DNA of 64,000 nucleotides, taken from an uncultured delta proteobacterium (lineage in GTDB: Bacteria > Desulfobacterota > Binatia > UBA9968). Under the pieces are notes generated by a model. That model searched no databases and was not told the origin of the DNA. It saw only the letters and a program-made list of their open reading frames with translations. The stretch covers positions 250,761-314,760 of the forward strand of contig CAWJZV010000015.1 in assembly GCA_963847445.1 (NCBI GenBank), written 5' to 3'. The position numbers and the translations under genes were made by a program. Below, in pieces: positions 53,975 through 63,921 of the stretch (within the stretch, counting starts at the first letter, position 1; each line of letters starts with the position of its first letter).

Positions 53975-54631
53975 GATGATTCGTGGTGTTGGTTGCTGGT
54001 GCCGATCCGCGATGTCGACGAGTCGATCAAGGAGATCAAACGCGCCGCCAAGATCGGCGCCGCCGCCGTCATGTTGCAGGGCATGGCGTGGGACAAGTTG
54101 CTTGGCGATGAAAGCTTGTTTCCGTTCTTTCAAATCGCGGCGGATTTGAATCTGCCGGTCTGCGTGCACCTGGGCTGGGGCTGTCCGGCGTTGACGCGCA
54201 TTTTCGACGCGACGACAAATTTTTACAGCGCAATCCTGCCGGTGGTCATGGGTTTCAATAGCATCATGAGTTCGGCGGCGTTCGAGAAGATTGCCAATCT
54301 CCGTTTCAGTTTTCTCGAAGCCGGCGCGGCGTGGCTGCCGTTCATCATCAAGCAAGTACGGCGCGCCATCCTGCGCCGCAAGTTAGCCAAGGATCCCATC
54401 GAGTATTTCACTACCGGCAGGGTGTTCGTCAGCGCCGAACCGGACGAAGACTTGACTGGCATTGCCGCGTTAGTAGGTGAAGACTCGTTTGTCCTGGGTT
54501 CCGACTATCCTCACGGCGATCCGTCACGCCAGGAAGATATGGTCGCGGAATTCAGAGAACGTAAGGATCTCTCGCAGACGATGGTCGAAAAGATGCTGTC
54601 CGACAATCCCAAACGGCTTTACGGATTCTAG
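53975..54631 (+). pseudogene. Amidohydrolase_2 family, C-terminal half only
   Basis: LPVCVH, FLEAGAAW, GSDYPHGD, DNPKRLY present; N-terminal DxDxH metal motif and a clear start/RBS absent. Confidence 0.7.
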
Positions 54632-54744
54632 AGTATCGGCGAGATTCCGATTTTTCAGGTAGTGGACTTCCAACCTTTGATCGAAGCGCGGCGCGAGTTG
54701 GGGTTGAAATAGGAACTCAGCCTGCCTGTTTCGATGAGGTGAGT

Positions 54745-55077
54745 TTAGCGAGTGAATCGTTCGAGCAATAAATCTTCCGCGTTGCGTCTGCTGTCGATCA
54801 CCATCATTACGTAAACGTCGCCATCGACAACGCGGTAGATCACCCGCCATGGCGCACTGATAACCTCGCGATAAAAATGAACCCCTATGTCCGCGAGCTC
54901 TGGAACGACCCTGCCGCGTAGTGGAAACGATTTAAGGTTCGCGGCGCAGTTTCGGAGCTGAGCGAGAATGTCGAGAGCGTTGGAGACGTTTTCACGGGCG
55001 ATGAAATCGATAATCGATTCAAGATCGACGCTAGCTGCGTGAGTCCAATGGACTTTATAGTGTTTTCTTGTCGCCAC
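54745..55077 (-). CDS. RelE/ParE family toxin
   Basis: ASVDLESIIDFIA, FPLRGRVVPEL, WRVIYRV. Confidence 0.93.
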   Translation of the reverse strand: MATRKHYKVHWTHAASVDLESIIDFIARENVSNALDILAQLRNCAANLKSFPLRGRVVPELADIGVHFYREVISAPWRVIYRVVDGDVYVMMVIDSRRNAEDLLLERFTR

Positions 55078-55360
55078 GGGCCTTTTTGCGGTGCGTCAAT
55101 TTTTTTTCCAAACGATTGAAAAGTTTTTCCTGTCCTTCGGTGTTGCCGGAGCGAATGTCCTTTTCACCGGCTATCAAAAGTTTCAGGAGGCCAATGGCCG
55201 CCCTGGTTTGTTCGTAGCTCTCGGGGTCCTGCATCACGGCACGAGCCGCGCCATTTTGAGTAATTACAATCGGCCGGCGGGTTTCATTGAGCTGGGCGAG
55301 CAACTCTGCGGCGCGGAACTTTAAATAAGTCACCGGTCGGATGTCTTCGCTAATTTTCAT
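55055..55360 (-). CDS. Phd/YefM family antitoxin
   Basis: IRPVTYLK, PIVITQNGAARAV; overlaps toxin start. Confidence 0.93.
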   Translation of the reverse strand: MKISEDIRPVTYLKFRAAELLAQLNETRRPIVITQNGAARAVMQDPESYEQTRAAIGLLKLLIAGEKDIRSGNTEGQEKLFNRLEKKLTHRKKARGDKKTL

Positions 55361-55377
55361 AAAGTCCCCTCAGTCCG

Positions 55378-55393
55378 AATAAAGTACTTTATT
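55378..55393. promoter_or_regulatory. Probable toxin-antitoxin autoregulatory operator
   Basis: Perfect 16-bp palindrome AATAAAGTACTTTATT just upstream of antitoxin ATG. Confidence 0.65.
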
Positions 55394-55504
55394 GAGCCCG
55401 ATCTATCAAATACGAAATGTTGAAAGACGGTGGCTGGCAACATCACCGTTGCGCCTTAGCGCCCTCGACGTTGCTTACTGCATGTGTGTTTGCGTCACTG
55501 CGGG

Positions 55505-56305
55505 TCAGCGGCCGGCAGCAGATGGCATCAAGTTGTTGGCACGCAGGAATTCTATCACGAAGGCGTCGAAGCCGGCGGGGTCTTCGATGTTGCAGGCATG
55601 GCCGGTCTTGGGCAGGATTTTGTGCACCGCGCCGGGAATGAGCGACGCGGTTTTCTTGCCGCCGGCGAGCGAATTGTCGTATTCGCCGTTGATCACCAGC
55701 GTCGGAACTTTCATCGTCGCCAGCCGCGGCGTCATGTCGAGACCGCCGCGGGCGCGAAAGATTTGTCCGATGGATTCTCCCGACAGCCAGGGATCGCGTT
55801 CGACAAAAGTATTGAGCAGATATTTCCCCAGTTTGGTTTCGGGAAAATCCGGCGCGACCAGTTCGCGCAAATGCTGTATATGATATTTCTCGATGCCGAC
55901 TTTGGTGTAGCCGTGGATGCGCTCGTCGATGGAGCCGCCGGGACCGCTGCTGCCGCCGACGAGAATAATCGCCTTGAACATTTCCGGATGGTCGAGTCCC
56001 AATAGAATTGCCATGCCCGAGCCGACGCTGACGCCGCCGAGGATCGCTTCTTTGATTTCGAGGTCGCGGCAAACGCCGAGGATATCGTCAGCCATGTCCT
56101 TGAGGCTAAACGGCGTCTCCGGTTTATCCGAGCGGCCGTAGCCGCGGATGTCGATGCCAACAACTTTGAAATAGGTCGAGAAGTGGGCGATCTGGTACAT
56201 CCACAAGTTATGGTCGAACGGATTGGCATGGACCATGACGAAGGGGAGACCTTCGCCGGAGACTTCATAATAGATCTTTAAGCCGTTCGATGTACTGTAG
56301 GGCAT
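55505..56305 (-). CDS. Alpha/beta hydrolase
   Basis: DIRGYGRS, GVSVG, GEYD, TGHACNIE. Confidence 0.92.
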   Translation of the reverse strand: MPYSTSNGLKIYYEVSGEGLPFVMVHANPFDHNLWMYQIAHFSTYFKVVGIDIRGYGRSDKPETPFSLKDMADDILGVCRDLEIKEAILGGVSVGSGMAILLGLDHPEMFKAIILVGGSSGPGGSIDERIHGYTKVGIEKYHIQHLRELVAPDFPETKLGKYLLNTFVERDPWLSGESIGQIFRARGGLDMTPRLATMKVPTLVINGEYDNSLAGGKKTASLIPGAVHKILPKTGHACNIEDPAGFDAFVIEFLRANNLMPSAAGR

Positions 56306-56321
56306 GGCTTCATTCTTAAGG

Positions 56322-56443
56322 GTTCAAAACGTTCAATCGCTTCCCTTCGTTGCGCTCAGGATGGCGCTCGGTTCAAGCCGTTCAAATCGTCTCGGAGGTT
56401 TTCTGGAGTCCCACTTGACTTGAACGGTTTGAACTGCTTGAAC
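56322..56443. repeat. Inverted nonamer-array element (same family as 29061)
   Basis: gttcaaaac gttcaatc ... gttcaagcc gttcaaatc ... cttgaac ggtttgaac tgcttgaac. Confidence 0.85.
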
Positions 56444-56447
56444 GAGT

Positions 56448-57152
56448 TTATGCCTTAATCCGTGGCCGTTCCTGTTTGATCTTTTCTTTGACTTCGTCAA
56501 GCTTCATTACATCGGTGTATTTGTGGTGCATGTCGAACAGGTTCACTTTGTGAGAGAGCTGGCTGCGGTCAAAGACGCATTCTTCGACGATCGACACATG
56601 ATAGCCGAGCGAGTAGCCGTCGACGCAGCTGGCGCGCACGCAGCCGCTGGTGCTTTCGCCGCAGACGATCAGGCTATCGCAGCCCAATTGGGTCAAGTGC
56701 GCAACCAATGGCGTGCCGAAGAAGCCGCTCGCGCGTTCTTTAAAAATCACCACATCGCCCGGCTGCGGTTTAAACTCTTCCTTGATCTCGAAGGCTTCCG
56801 GATCGATCTTCACGCGTTGGCGGTTGGTCGCGTAGATCGCTTCGGGTTTAGCTTCTTTTCTAGTTTCAGTGGTGGTGTAGAAGACCGGGATTTTCAAGCT
56901 GCGCGCCAAGGCGAACAGTTCCTGGGTCGGCTTGATTGCGTTATGGGCATATACGCCGCAGGAGCTTTTGTAGCTGTCGATCAATTCATGCGGCTCTTTG
57001 GCGCCGCCTTGATAAGCCAGGTTGTAGAGATCGATGGCCAACAGCGCCGGCCTTTGGCCGATGAAGGTTTCGCGATGATAGGGCGTGTAGGTTTTGAGGA
57101 TTTCCGGTGAGACGATATCTTTCCAACAATGATCTTCGAAATCGGCAGCCAT
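56448..57152 (-). CDS. Isochorismatase-family cysteine hydrolase (maleamate/N-carbamoylsarcosine amidase-like)
   Basis: PALLAID, KERASGFFGT, GESTSGCVRAS. Confidence 0.9.
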   Translation of the reverse strand: MAADFEDHCWKDIVSPEILKTYTPYHRETFIGQRPALLAIDLYNLAYQGGAKEPHELIDSYKSSCGVYAHNAIKPTQELFALARSLKIPVFYTTTETRKEAKPEAIYATNRQRVKIDPEAFEIKEEFKPQPGDVVIFKERASGFFGTPLVAHLTQLGCDSLIVCGESTSGCVRASCVDGYSLGYHVSIVEECVFDRSQLSHKVNLFDMHHKYTDVMKLDEVKEKIKQERPRIKA

Positions 57153-57195
57153 AATGGGCCTCCTAAGGGATTTATCATTTTTTATGTAACTGGAG

Positions 57196-57262
57196 CGCTG
57201 CCGGGTTGTCAAGCAACCCGGCAGCGATTTGCATTGACCGCGCCGGTGCCATTGGTTATACC
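57196..57262. promoter_or_regulatory. Divergent promoter region with 13-bp inverted repeat
   Basis: CGCTGCCGGGTTG-TCAAG-CAACCCGGCAGCG; plus-strand TTGACC-N17-TATACC at 57234-57262. Confidence 0.55.
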
Positions 57263-57300
57263 GGTTGCGGAAATCGTCATGCAGTTACGGAGGATCGCTC

Positions 57301-58995
57301 ATGAAAAATGCCAGAAAATCATCGTTGACCCGGAGACAATTCGTCAAACTGACCGGTGCCACGGCAGCGGGAGCGCTGTGGGTGCCACAGCTATTCGCGG
57401 CTCAACCGGGGCGCAAGCGCATCGTCATGCACGGCGAGCGGCAGGTGACCAGCCTCGGTTATCATAACCGGCGCGAAACCGAGCATGTGTCGATGGTCGA
57501 CGCCGGCCTAGTCGGACAAAACCCGACTACTTTCGAGCGTGTGCCGGTGCTCGCTGAGGAATTGCCGTCGGTCAAGAAGGGCACCTGGAAGATCGATGTG
57601 CAAAAGAAGACCATGATCACGGTCTACAAGCTGCGGCCCAACCTCAAATGGCACGACGGCAAGCCTTATACTTCGAAAGACTTTGAGTTTGGCTGGCAGA
57701 TCGCCAAGCATCCGGAATTTCCCATGCCGGATCGCCTGGTGCCGGAGATGATTACCAAGATCGAGACCCCCGACGATCGCACCATCGTGATTCACTGGAA
57801 CGATCTCTACAATGAAGCCTACGCGATTCAATACACCCATGTGCGCGCTTTTCCGCGGCACCTTCTACTTGACGCTTTTCAAGGCGGCGACATGAAGGCC
57901 TTTGCCAATTTGCCGTATTGGAACAAAAACTTTGTCGGCGCCGGCGCGTTCAAAGTCGTCGAGTGGGATCAAGGCAGCCGCGTGGAGTTGGAAGCGTTCA
58001 ACGATTTCGCTCTCGGCCGGCCTAAGATCGACCGCATCACCTACAAGACCGTTGAAGATACCAATACCAATCTCGCCGCGGTCATGGCCGGCGAGGTCGA
58101 TATCTGTATGCGCAGTACGATCTCGTTCGACGGCGCGATGATCTTGCGCGATCAATGGGAAAAGCAGGGCAAAGGCAAGGTGTTGATCAGCCCGGCGTCG
58201 TGGAGTTGGCTCAGCCTCAGCCGGGACAATCCTTGGTTCAGCGACGTGAGAGTGCGGCGCGCTTTGCTGCATGCCATCGACCGCGATGCGATGGTGCAAA
58301 ACCTCTTCAAAGGCGAGAAGGTGGTATCGCATTTACCGCTATCGCGCGCCCGTAAGGTCAACAACAAAGCCCTGGCGGCGTCGACGATTTACAAGTTCGA
58401 TCTCGAGCGCGGCAAAAAACTCTTGGCGGAAGCAGGTTGGAAGCCTGGGGCCGACGGCGTAGTCGTCAACGGCAAGGGCGAGAAAATGGAGTTCGAATTC
58501 CGTGTCACCGCCGAGCGTCGCGACCATGAACAGGCGCAGGCGATCATCGCCGACTATTGGAAAAAGATCGGTGTGCGCACCAACATCAAAAATATGCCCA
58601 ACCGCCTGCTCAACTCGGCGGACAATCGCAACCGCTGGCCGGGCGCGTATATCGGTTCCCATAACGTCACCGTGGAGGAGTGGCCCGAACGGTTTCACTC
58701 CAAGAACATCCCGACGGCGGAAAACAAATTCGCGCCGGAGAATGTTTCCGGTTGGAATGATCCCAAGAAGGACGCAATCCTCGATGAGATCAACTCGATC
58801 ATCACGCCTGAACAATCGGAAAAACTGCAAATCGAATTCTGCAAGATGTTTAGCGCGGCGCTGCCGCATCTGCCGCTGTTTTTCACACCGGAAGTTCTCG
58901 TAGTGAAAAGGGGCTTAACCGGCATCACGCCGCGCCAGGAGAGCGGCGGGCAGAATTCGAGCTCGTGGAATACCCATTCGTGGAACAAGGCCTAG
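57301..58995 (+). CDS. Peptide/nickel ABC transporter substrate-binding protein (Tat-exported)
   Basis: TRRQFVK twin-arginine signal; KWHDGKP, RVRRAL, WKKIGV. Confidence 0.92.
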   Translation: MKNARKSSLTRRQFVKLTGATAAGALWVPQLFAAQPGRKRIVMHGERQVTSLGYHNRRETEHVSMVDAGLVGQNPTTFERVPVLAEELPSVKKGTWKIDVQKKTMITVYKLRPNLKWHDGKPYTSKDFEFGWQIAKHPEFPMPDRLVPEMITKIETPDDRTIVIHWNDLYNEAYAIQYTHVRAFPRHLLLDAFQGGDMKAFANLPYWNKNFVGAGAFKVVEWDQGSRVELEAFNDFALGRPKIDRITYKTVEDTNTNLAAVMAGEVDICMRSTISFDGAMILRDQWEKQGKGKVLISPASWSWLSLSRDNPWFSDVRVRRALLHAIDRDAMVQNLFKGEKVVSHLPLSRARKVNNKALAASTIYKFDLERGKKLLAEAGWKPGADGVVVNGKGEKMEFEFRVTAERRDHEQAQAIIADYWKKIGVRTNIKNMPNRLLNSADNRNRWPGAYIGSHNVTVEEWPERFHSKNIPTAENKFAPENVSGWNDPKKDAILDEINSIITPEQSEKLQIEFCKMFSAALPHLPLFFTPEVLVVKRGLTGITPRQESGGQNSSSWNTHSWNKA

Positions 58996-59005
58996 GATTG
59001 AACCC

Positions 59006-59045
59006 GTTCCAATCGTTAAAAACGTTCAAGCCGTTCAAATCGCTC
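59006..59045. repeat. Nonamer array, left arm only (same family as 29061)
   Basis: gttccaatc gttaaaaac gttcaagcc gttcaaatc. Confidence 0.82.
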
Positions 59046-59086
59046 GGGTGTTGCTCGGTCGGTAGATTTACTGAATAGCCAACGAC

Positions 59087-60058
59087 ATGTTGCTCTACGT
59101 TCTACGCCGTCTGGTGCAAACTGTGCCGTTATTGCTGGTCATATCGGCGCTGATTTTTACTTTGCTGTATCTGATGCCTGGCGATCCGCTATACCGGATG
59201 CTCGAAGGCATTCCCAACCTGCGGCCGCAGGATTATGACCGGCTGCGCAAACTCTACGGCTTTGACGATCCGGTTTACCTTCAGTACGGCAAGTGGCTGT
59301 GGCAGTTGCTCCAGCTTAATCCCGGCTACTCGCGCGAGTATGGCCAGCCGGTATTCGATATTATTCTGCCGGCGCTAAAAAATACTCTGGTGCTGACCAT
59401 CGCCGCCGTGGTGCTGGGTAAAATCATCGCCATCGCCCTCGGCATCTTTTCCGCGGTGCGGCAGTATTCCATCGGCGACTATATTCTGACGGCGACGACT
59501 TTTGTCGCCTACTCGGTGCCGGCGTTTTGGCTCGGGCTGATGATGATCATCCTGTTCTCGGTCAAGCTCGGTTGGCTGCCGACCTCCGGTATCGTCAACA
59601 GCGAGCTGGCGCCGGGCAGCTGGGAGGCGACGGTGGACTGGATGAAGCATTTGATCTTGCCGGTGGCGGTGTTGGCGATCTCCGAGATCATTCAAGTGCA
59701 GCGCTTCATGCGTTCGAGTTTACTCGAAGTGCTGCGCCAGGATTATTTGACGACGGCACGCGCCAAAGGATTATCCGAGAGCGTCGTCATCGGCCGCCAT
59801 GCGCTCAAGAACGCGCTGATTCCTGTGGTGACGATCATCGCCGTGACCATGCCGCGGGTGGTCGGCGGTTCGACGGTCGTAGAAACCGTGTTCGCTTATC
59901 CGGGCATGGGCCGGCTGCTCTATACGTCGATTATGGGTAACGACTATGTCGTCGCGATGACCGTGGTGATGATCATCGCCGTGACCGTGGTGTTTTTCAA
60001 TTTACTGGCGGACGTGGTTTACGGCTGGCTCGACCCGCGCATCCGCTATCGGAGTTGA
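59087..60058 (+). CDS. Peptide ABC permease (OppB/DppB-like)
   Basis: MPGDP, QDYLTTARAKGL, HALKNAL, LDPRIR. Confidence 0.95.
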   Translation: MLLYVLRRLVQTVPLLLVISALIFTLLYLMPGDPLYRMLEGIPNLRPQDYDRLRKLYGFDDPVYLQYGKWLWQLLQLNPGYSREYGQPVFDIILPALKNTLVLTIAAVVLGKIIAIALGIFSAVRQYSIGDYILTATTFVAYSVPAFWLGLMMIILFSVKLGWLPTSGIVNSELAPGSWEATVDWMKHLILPVAVLAISEIIQVQRFMRSSLLEVLRQDYLTTARAKGLSESVVIGRHALKNALIPVVTIIAVTMPRVVGGSTVVETVFAYPGMGRLLYTSIMGNDYVVAMTVVMIIAVTVVFFNLLADVVYGWLDPRIRYRS

Positions 60059-60069
60059 AGAGAAGAGAT

Positions 60070-60172
60070 TTAACCACAAAGTTCACAAGAATTGGATTCG
60101 GAAATTAGCCGCAAAGAACGCAAAGTGCGCAAAAAAAAGATCGAGACGTAGTGGCGGGTTTTAAACCCGCCC
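60070..60172. repeat. Composite repeat, second copy
   Basis: GATTCGGA...GCCGCAAAGAACGCAAAG...A-run...GTAGTGGCGGGTTTTAAACCCGCCC. Confidence 0.8.
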
Positions 60173-60188
60173 GTCCTGGTGGTGCCAA

Positions 60189-61094
60189 GTGACCATTGAT
60201 AGTCCAGCGATCATCGAACTGAATCCCTTGCCCGGCGCCGAGCCGGTGGGTTACTGGCGCGTCGTTTGGCGACGCTTTAAACAGCACCGGGTTGCCTACG
60301 TCGGCTTCTTTTTCTTCGTTACTTTATTAGTCGCGGTGATCGTCGGTCCTTATTTGGTTCCCTTCGAACTCGATCAGGTGTCATTGGCCGAGCGCATGCA
60401 GACGCCGTCGGCGCGCCATTGGCTCGGCACCGATGAGCTCGGGCGCGACACCTGGGTGCGTATCATGCATGGCGGGCGGGTTTCGTTGACCGTCGGATTG
60501 GCGGTGGCGCTGAGTACCGTTCTCATCGGCGGATTGATCGGCATTCTGGCCGGTTATGTCGGTGGCGCGCTCGACAATGCTTTGATGCGTTTGGTCGATA
60601 CGATTTACACCATTCCGCGCATCGTCTTGCTGCTGGTCCTGTCGAAATTAGCCGGGCCTGGTTTGCTCAACATCATCATCATTCTCGTCGCCCTGGAATG
60701 GACCAATGCGGCGCGCTTGGCGCGCAGCGCCGTGCTGTCCTTTCGCGAGCAAGAGTTCGTCTTGGCGGCTCAATGCCTCGGCGCATCGCGCTGGCGCGTC
60801 ATGCTGCGCCATCTACTGCCCAACGCGCTCGGTCCGTTGATTGTTTCGGCGACGCTCGACGCCGGCGCGGCGATCCGCGCCGAGACCACGCTGAGCTTTC
60901 TCGGTCTCGGCATCCAGCCGCCGACGCCGAGCTGGGGTAACTTGCTCACCAACGCCGCGACCAATATTTTCATCGCGCCGTTGCAAGTGTTTCTGCCGGG
61001 ACTGTTTATCTTTTTCGCTCTGATGAGCTTTAACTTGCTCGGCGACGCTCTGCGCGACGCCCTCGATCCGAAGATGTCGAAGACAAGGGGATAA
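60189..61094 (+). CDS. Peptide ABC permease (OppC/DppC-like)
   Basis: HWLGTDELGRD, LSFLGLGIQPPTPSWG, LGDALRDALDP. Confidence 0.95.
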   Translation: MTIDSPAIIELNPLPGAEPVGYWRVVWRRFKQHRVAYVGFFFFVTLLVAVIVGPYLVPFELDQVSLAERMQTPSARHWLGTDELGRDTWVRIMHGGRVSLTVGLAVALSTVLIGGLIGILAGYVGGALDNALMRLVDTIYTIPRIVLLLVLSKLAGPGLLNIIIILVALEWTNAARLARSAVLSFREQEFVLAAQCLGASRWRVMLRHLLPNALGPLIVSATLDAGAAIRAETTLSFLGLGIQPPTPSWGNLLTNAATNIFIAPLQVFLPGLFIFFALMSFNLLGDALRDALDPKMSKTRG

Positions 61095-61099
61095 AGAAT

Positions 61100-61195
61100 G
61101 GGTCGAGGATGGAGGATGGAGGATGGACGATCGCGATCCTCGATTGGCGATCTGCGATTTTCCATCCTCGATCTTCTACCCTCCATCCTCGACCC
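61100..61195. repeat. Inverted heptamer-array element (GAGGATG / CATCCTC)
   Basis: Perfect 16-bp terminal inverted repeat GGGTCGAGGATGGAGG / CCTCCATCCTCGACCC. Confidence 0.88.
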
Positions 61196-62541
61196 TGTTT
61201 CCTAACGGTCTGACCGCTTCCCAAGGTTTGATTAGCATTGCCGTGAGAATGGTCCCGAGCACCAGCAAGCCACAAAGTCCCCATAGTGTGGCCGCGTAGC
61301 TTTGACTGCGGTCGTAGATTGCGCCGGCGACGACCGGGCCGATGACGCCGCCCCAGGTGTAGAAGAACGCCATGGTGCCGCGGATGGTGGCGAAGTATTT
61401 ACGGCCGAAGAAGTCGCCGATGGTGGCCCAGACGACGGGAAAGGAAGCATCGATGACCGTGAAGAGAATCGTGAATAGCCAAAGCGGCCAGAGTCCGCCG
61501 CCCCAGATCAGAAACAGTATCGACCCGGCCGCGGCCAACATGCAGCCGGCAAGGAGCTTGGGACGATTCATCATATCCGCTAGAGGGCCGATGACGTAGT
61601 GGGCGGCCCAGTTCAGAAATGCGAAGGCAGCGAGCAAGTAAGCGCCGTGTTCCTGGCTCAAGCCCTTCCAGACCATGATCGGTATGAAGTGCACACTGAT
61701 GGTGCTGTAGGCCGCCACGCGCACGGTCATGCCGATGGTGAATAACCAGAAGACCTTGGTCTTCATCGCTTGACGCACGCTGGGGTCTTCGAGCGGCGGC
61801 TTTCTCCTCCGAAGCTATTTCCGGCTTGCCGCTGGTGCTTGCTGCCGTTCGCGGCGCGTCGCCGTCGGGCAGGAGTCCCATGCTTTCGGGCGATGGTCGC
61901 ACGCCGATGCCGATGGGGATGCCGATAACTAAAAATAGCACTCCCGCGATAATCGCGCCCCAACGCCAGCCCCAGTTTTGCACGGCGATGGCGAGCAGCG
62001 GCGTCAGGAGCGTGCCGCCGATGGGCACGGCCGAACTGATCACCGTCATGGCGCGGGCTCGGTATCGAATAAACCAGGTGTTGCCCACCGCCATGGAAGC
62101 GTGGACGAAGCCGGGCGTGAACGACAGCGAGATGACACCGAGATAGACGATGAGGAAATTTGTGTAGTTGTCGACCCAGGCGAGCATGATGTATCCCAAG
62201 CCGCAGAGGATGGTCGCCACCAGGATGATTGGCCGGGGACCGAAGCGGTCGATGAGATAACCGACGAAGGGGCCTTCGAGAGCGCCCTCGGCGCGGGCGA
62301 GGGAAAACGCCAGCGAGGTCGCGGCGCGGCTCAAGCCCAAGTCTTGGCTGAGCGGCAAAAAGAACACCGTGAAGCCGTAGTTATGCAGCCCGCCGCCGAG
62401 CACTCGCAGCGCCGAGACCAGGCCGACCATGCGCCAACCGATAAAAGTCCGGGATAAAAATTGCCGAAGAGTTTTCAGGGTGATGCCTCGATGTTGCCTA
62501 AGCGCTCTCTCGTTTCTCCCAAAAGCGGCGCGGGAAGGCAA
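61176..62541 (-). CDS. MFS transporter, frameshift ~61790 (start uncertain)
   Basis: GYLIDRFGPR, WGWRWG, GDFFGRKYFATIRG, AGAIYD across ORFs 61399-62541 and 61176-61778. Confidence 0.88.
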
Positions 62542-62628
62542 GGCAAATATTTTATGACAACGATGCGCAGCACTCAGGTTTGCACCGATGGGAAATATCC
62601 GTTAGTTTAAAATTCTACAGTTGGCCCG

Positions 62629-63921
62629 TTGGACACCGCATTGGAATCACGCAACCCAAGTACCTCGACAACTGCGAATACGTCGAAGCCGAAAGTTGCC
62701 TTCGCGGCGCTCAAGCATAAGGACTACCGTTGGTTTCTTAGCGCCACCATGCTGGCGATGATGGCCGACAACATCGAGCATGTGATCAGCTACTGGGTGT
62801 TGTTTCAAAAGTTTCAGTCGCCGGTACTTGCCGGGTTCGCCGTCATCAGCCATTGGACGCCGTTTCTTTTGCTATCGGTCTATTTCGGCGGCTTGGCCGA
62901 CCGCTACGACTGCCGCAAGCTGATTCAAATCGCGCAAATCATGTACATGGGCGTGACAGTGGTGTGGGCGATATTGTTTTTGACGGATACGATTCAAATC
63001 TGGCACGCCTGCGTTCTTCTCGTCATTCACGGTATCGCCGGGGTGTTCTGGACTCCGGCCGAGATTCTCCTGATTCACGATATCGTTGGCGGCGATGATT
63101 TGCCGAGCGCAGTCAGGCTTAACGCCACCGCGCGCCAGCTTGGCATTCTTTTCGGTCCGGCGGTGGGCGGCGCTATGATGCTGTGGTTAGGTGCGCCGGC
63201 GGGTCTATTGATCAACGCGCTCATCTACGTGCCGTTTACGGTCTGGTTGATGCTCGTCCCTTACACTGGCCACTTGCGCGAGGGCGCGCCGGCGCGCCGC
63301 GGGCTGAGATGGCGCGACGCCTTTGGCGTGCTGCGCGAGGTCGCGCAACACCGCTCCATCGTGACGATGATCGTTCTTGGCGGCGCGGCGTCGTTGTTTG
63401 TCGGCAATGCTTTCCAAGCGAGCATGCCGGAGTTCGCCCATGATCTCGGCACCGACAAGGCCGACTTCGCCTACAGCGCGCTGCTCGCTGCCAATGCCGC
63501 CGGTTCGGTGTTCGGGGGGTTTGTCCTCGACGGCAAGCAGTGGGTGCCGCCGACGGTGAAAGCGGCGATCGGCTGCGCGATTTTTTGGTGTCTGACGATG
63601 ACGGTGTTCGCCTTTTCCAACAGCTATCCGCTGTCATTGACGTTGCTGTTTATCGCCGGCGCGTTGAATCTCGCTTTCTACTCCATCGCCCAAACCATCG
63701 TGCAACTGGAAGCGCCGATGCACTTGCGCGGCCGCTTGATCGGTTTGTTCTCGATGTCGGCGTTCGGTCTGCGTGCCTTTAGCGGTGTCACCGTCGGGGT
63801 TATCGGCGGACTGATCGGCGTGCATTGGTCGCTGGCGCTGAGCTCGCTAGTCCTGCTCGCCGTGACGTTGGCATTGTTCGGCTTCGCCCAGCAGCGCCAG
63901 ACGGCGGTGGAGCCTGGATGA
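62629..63921 (+). CDS. MFS transporter (DUF894/MFS_3-like)
   Basis: FAALKHKDYR, GGLADRYDCRKL, LPSAVRLN, LRGRLIGL. Confidence 0.92.
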   Translation: MDTALESRNPSTSTTANTSKPKVAFAALKHKDYRWFLSATMLAMMADNIEHVISYWVLFQKFQSPVLAGFAVISHWTPFLLLSVYFGGLADRYDCRKLIQIAQIMYMGVTVVWAILFLTDTIQIWHACVLLVIHGIAGVFWTPAEILLIHDIVGGDDLPSAVRLNATARQLGILFGPAVGGAMMLWLGAPAGLLINALIYVPFTVWLMLVPYTGHLREGAPARRGLRWRDAFGVLREVAQHRSIVTMIVLGGAASLFVGNAFQASMPEFAHDLGTDKADFAYSALLAANAAGSVFGGFVLDGKQWVPPTVKAAIGCAIFWCLTMTVFAFSNSYPLSLTLLFIAGALNLAFYSIAQTIVQLEAPMHLRGRLIGLFSMSAFGLRAFSGVTVGVIGGLIGVHWSLALSSLVLLAVTLALFGFAQQRQTAVEPG

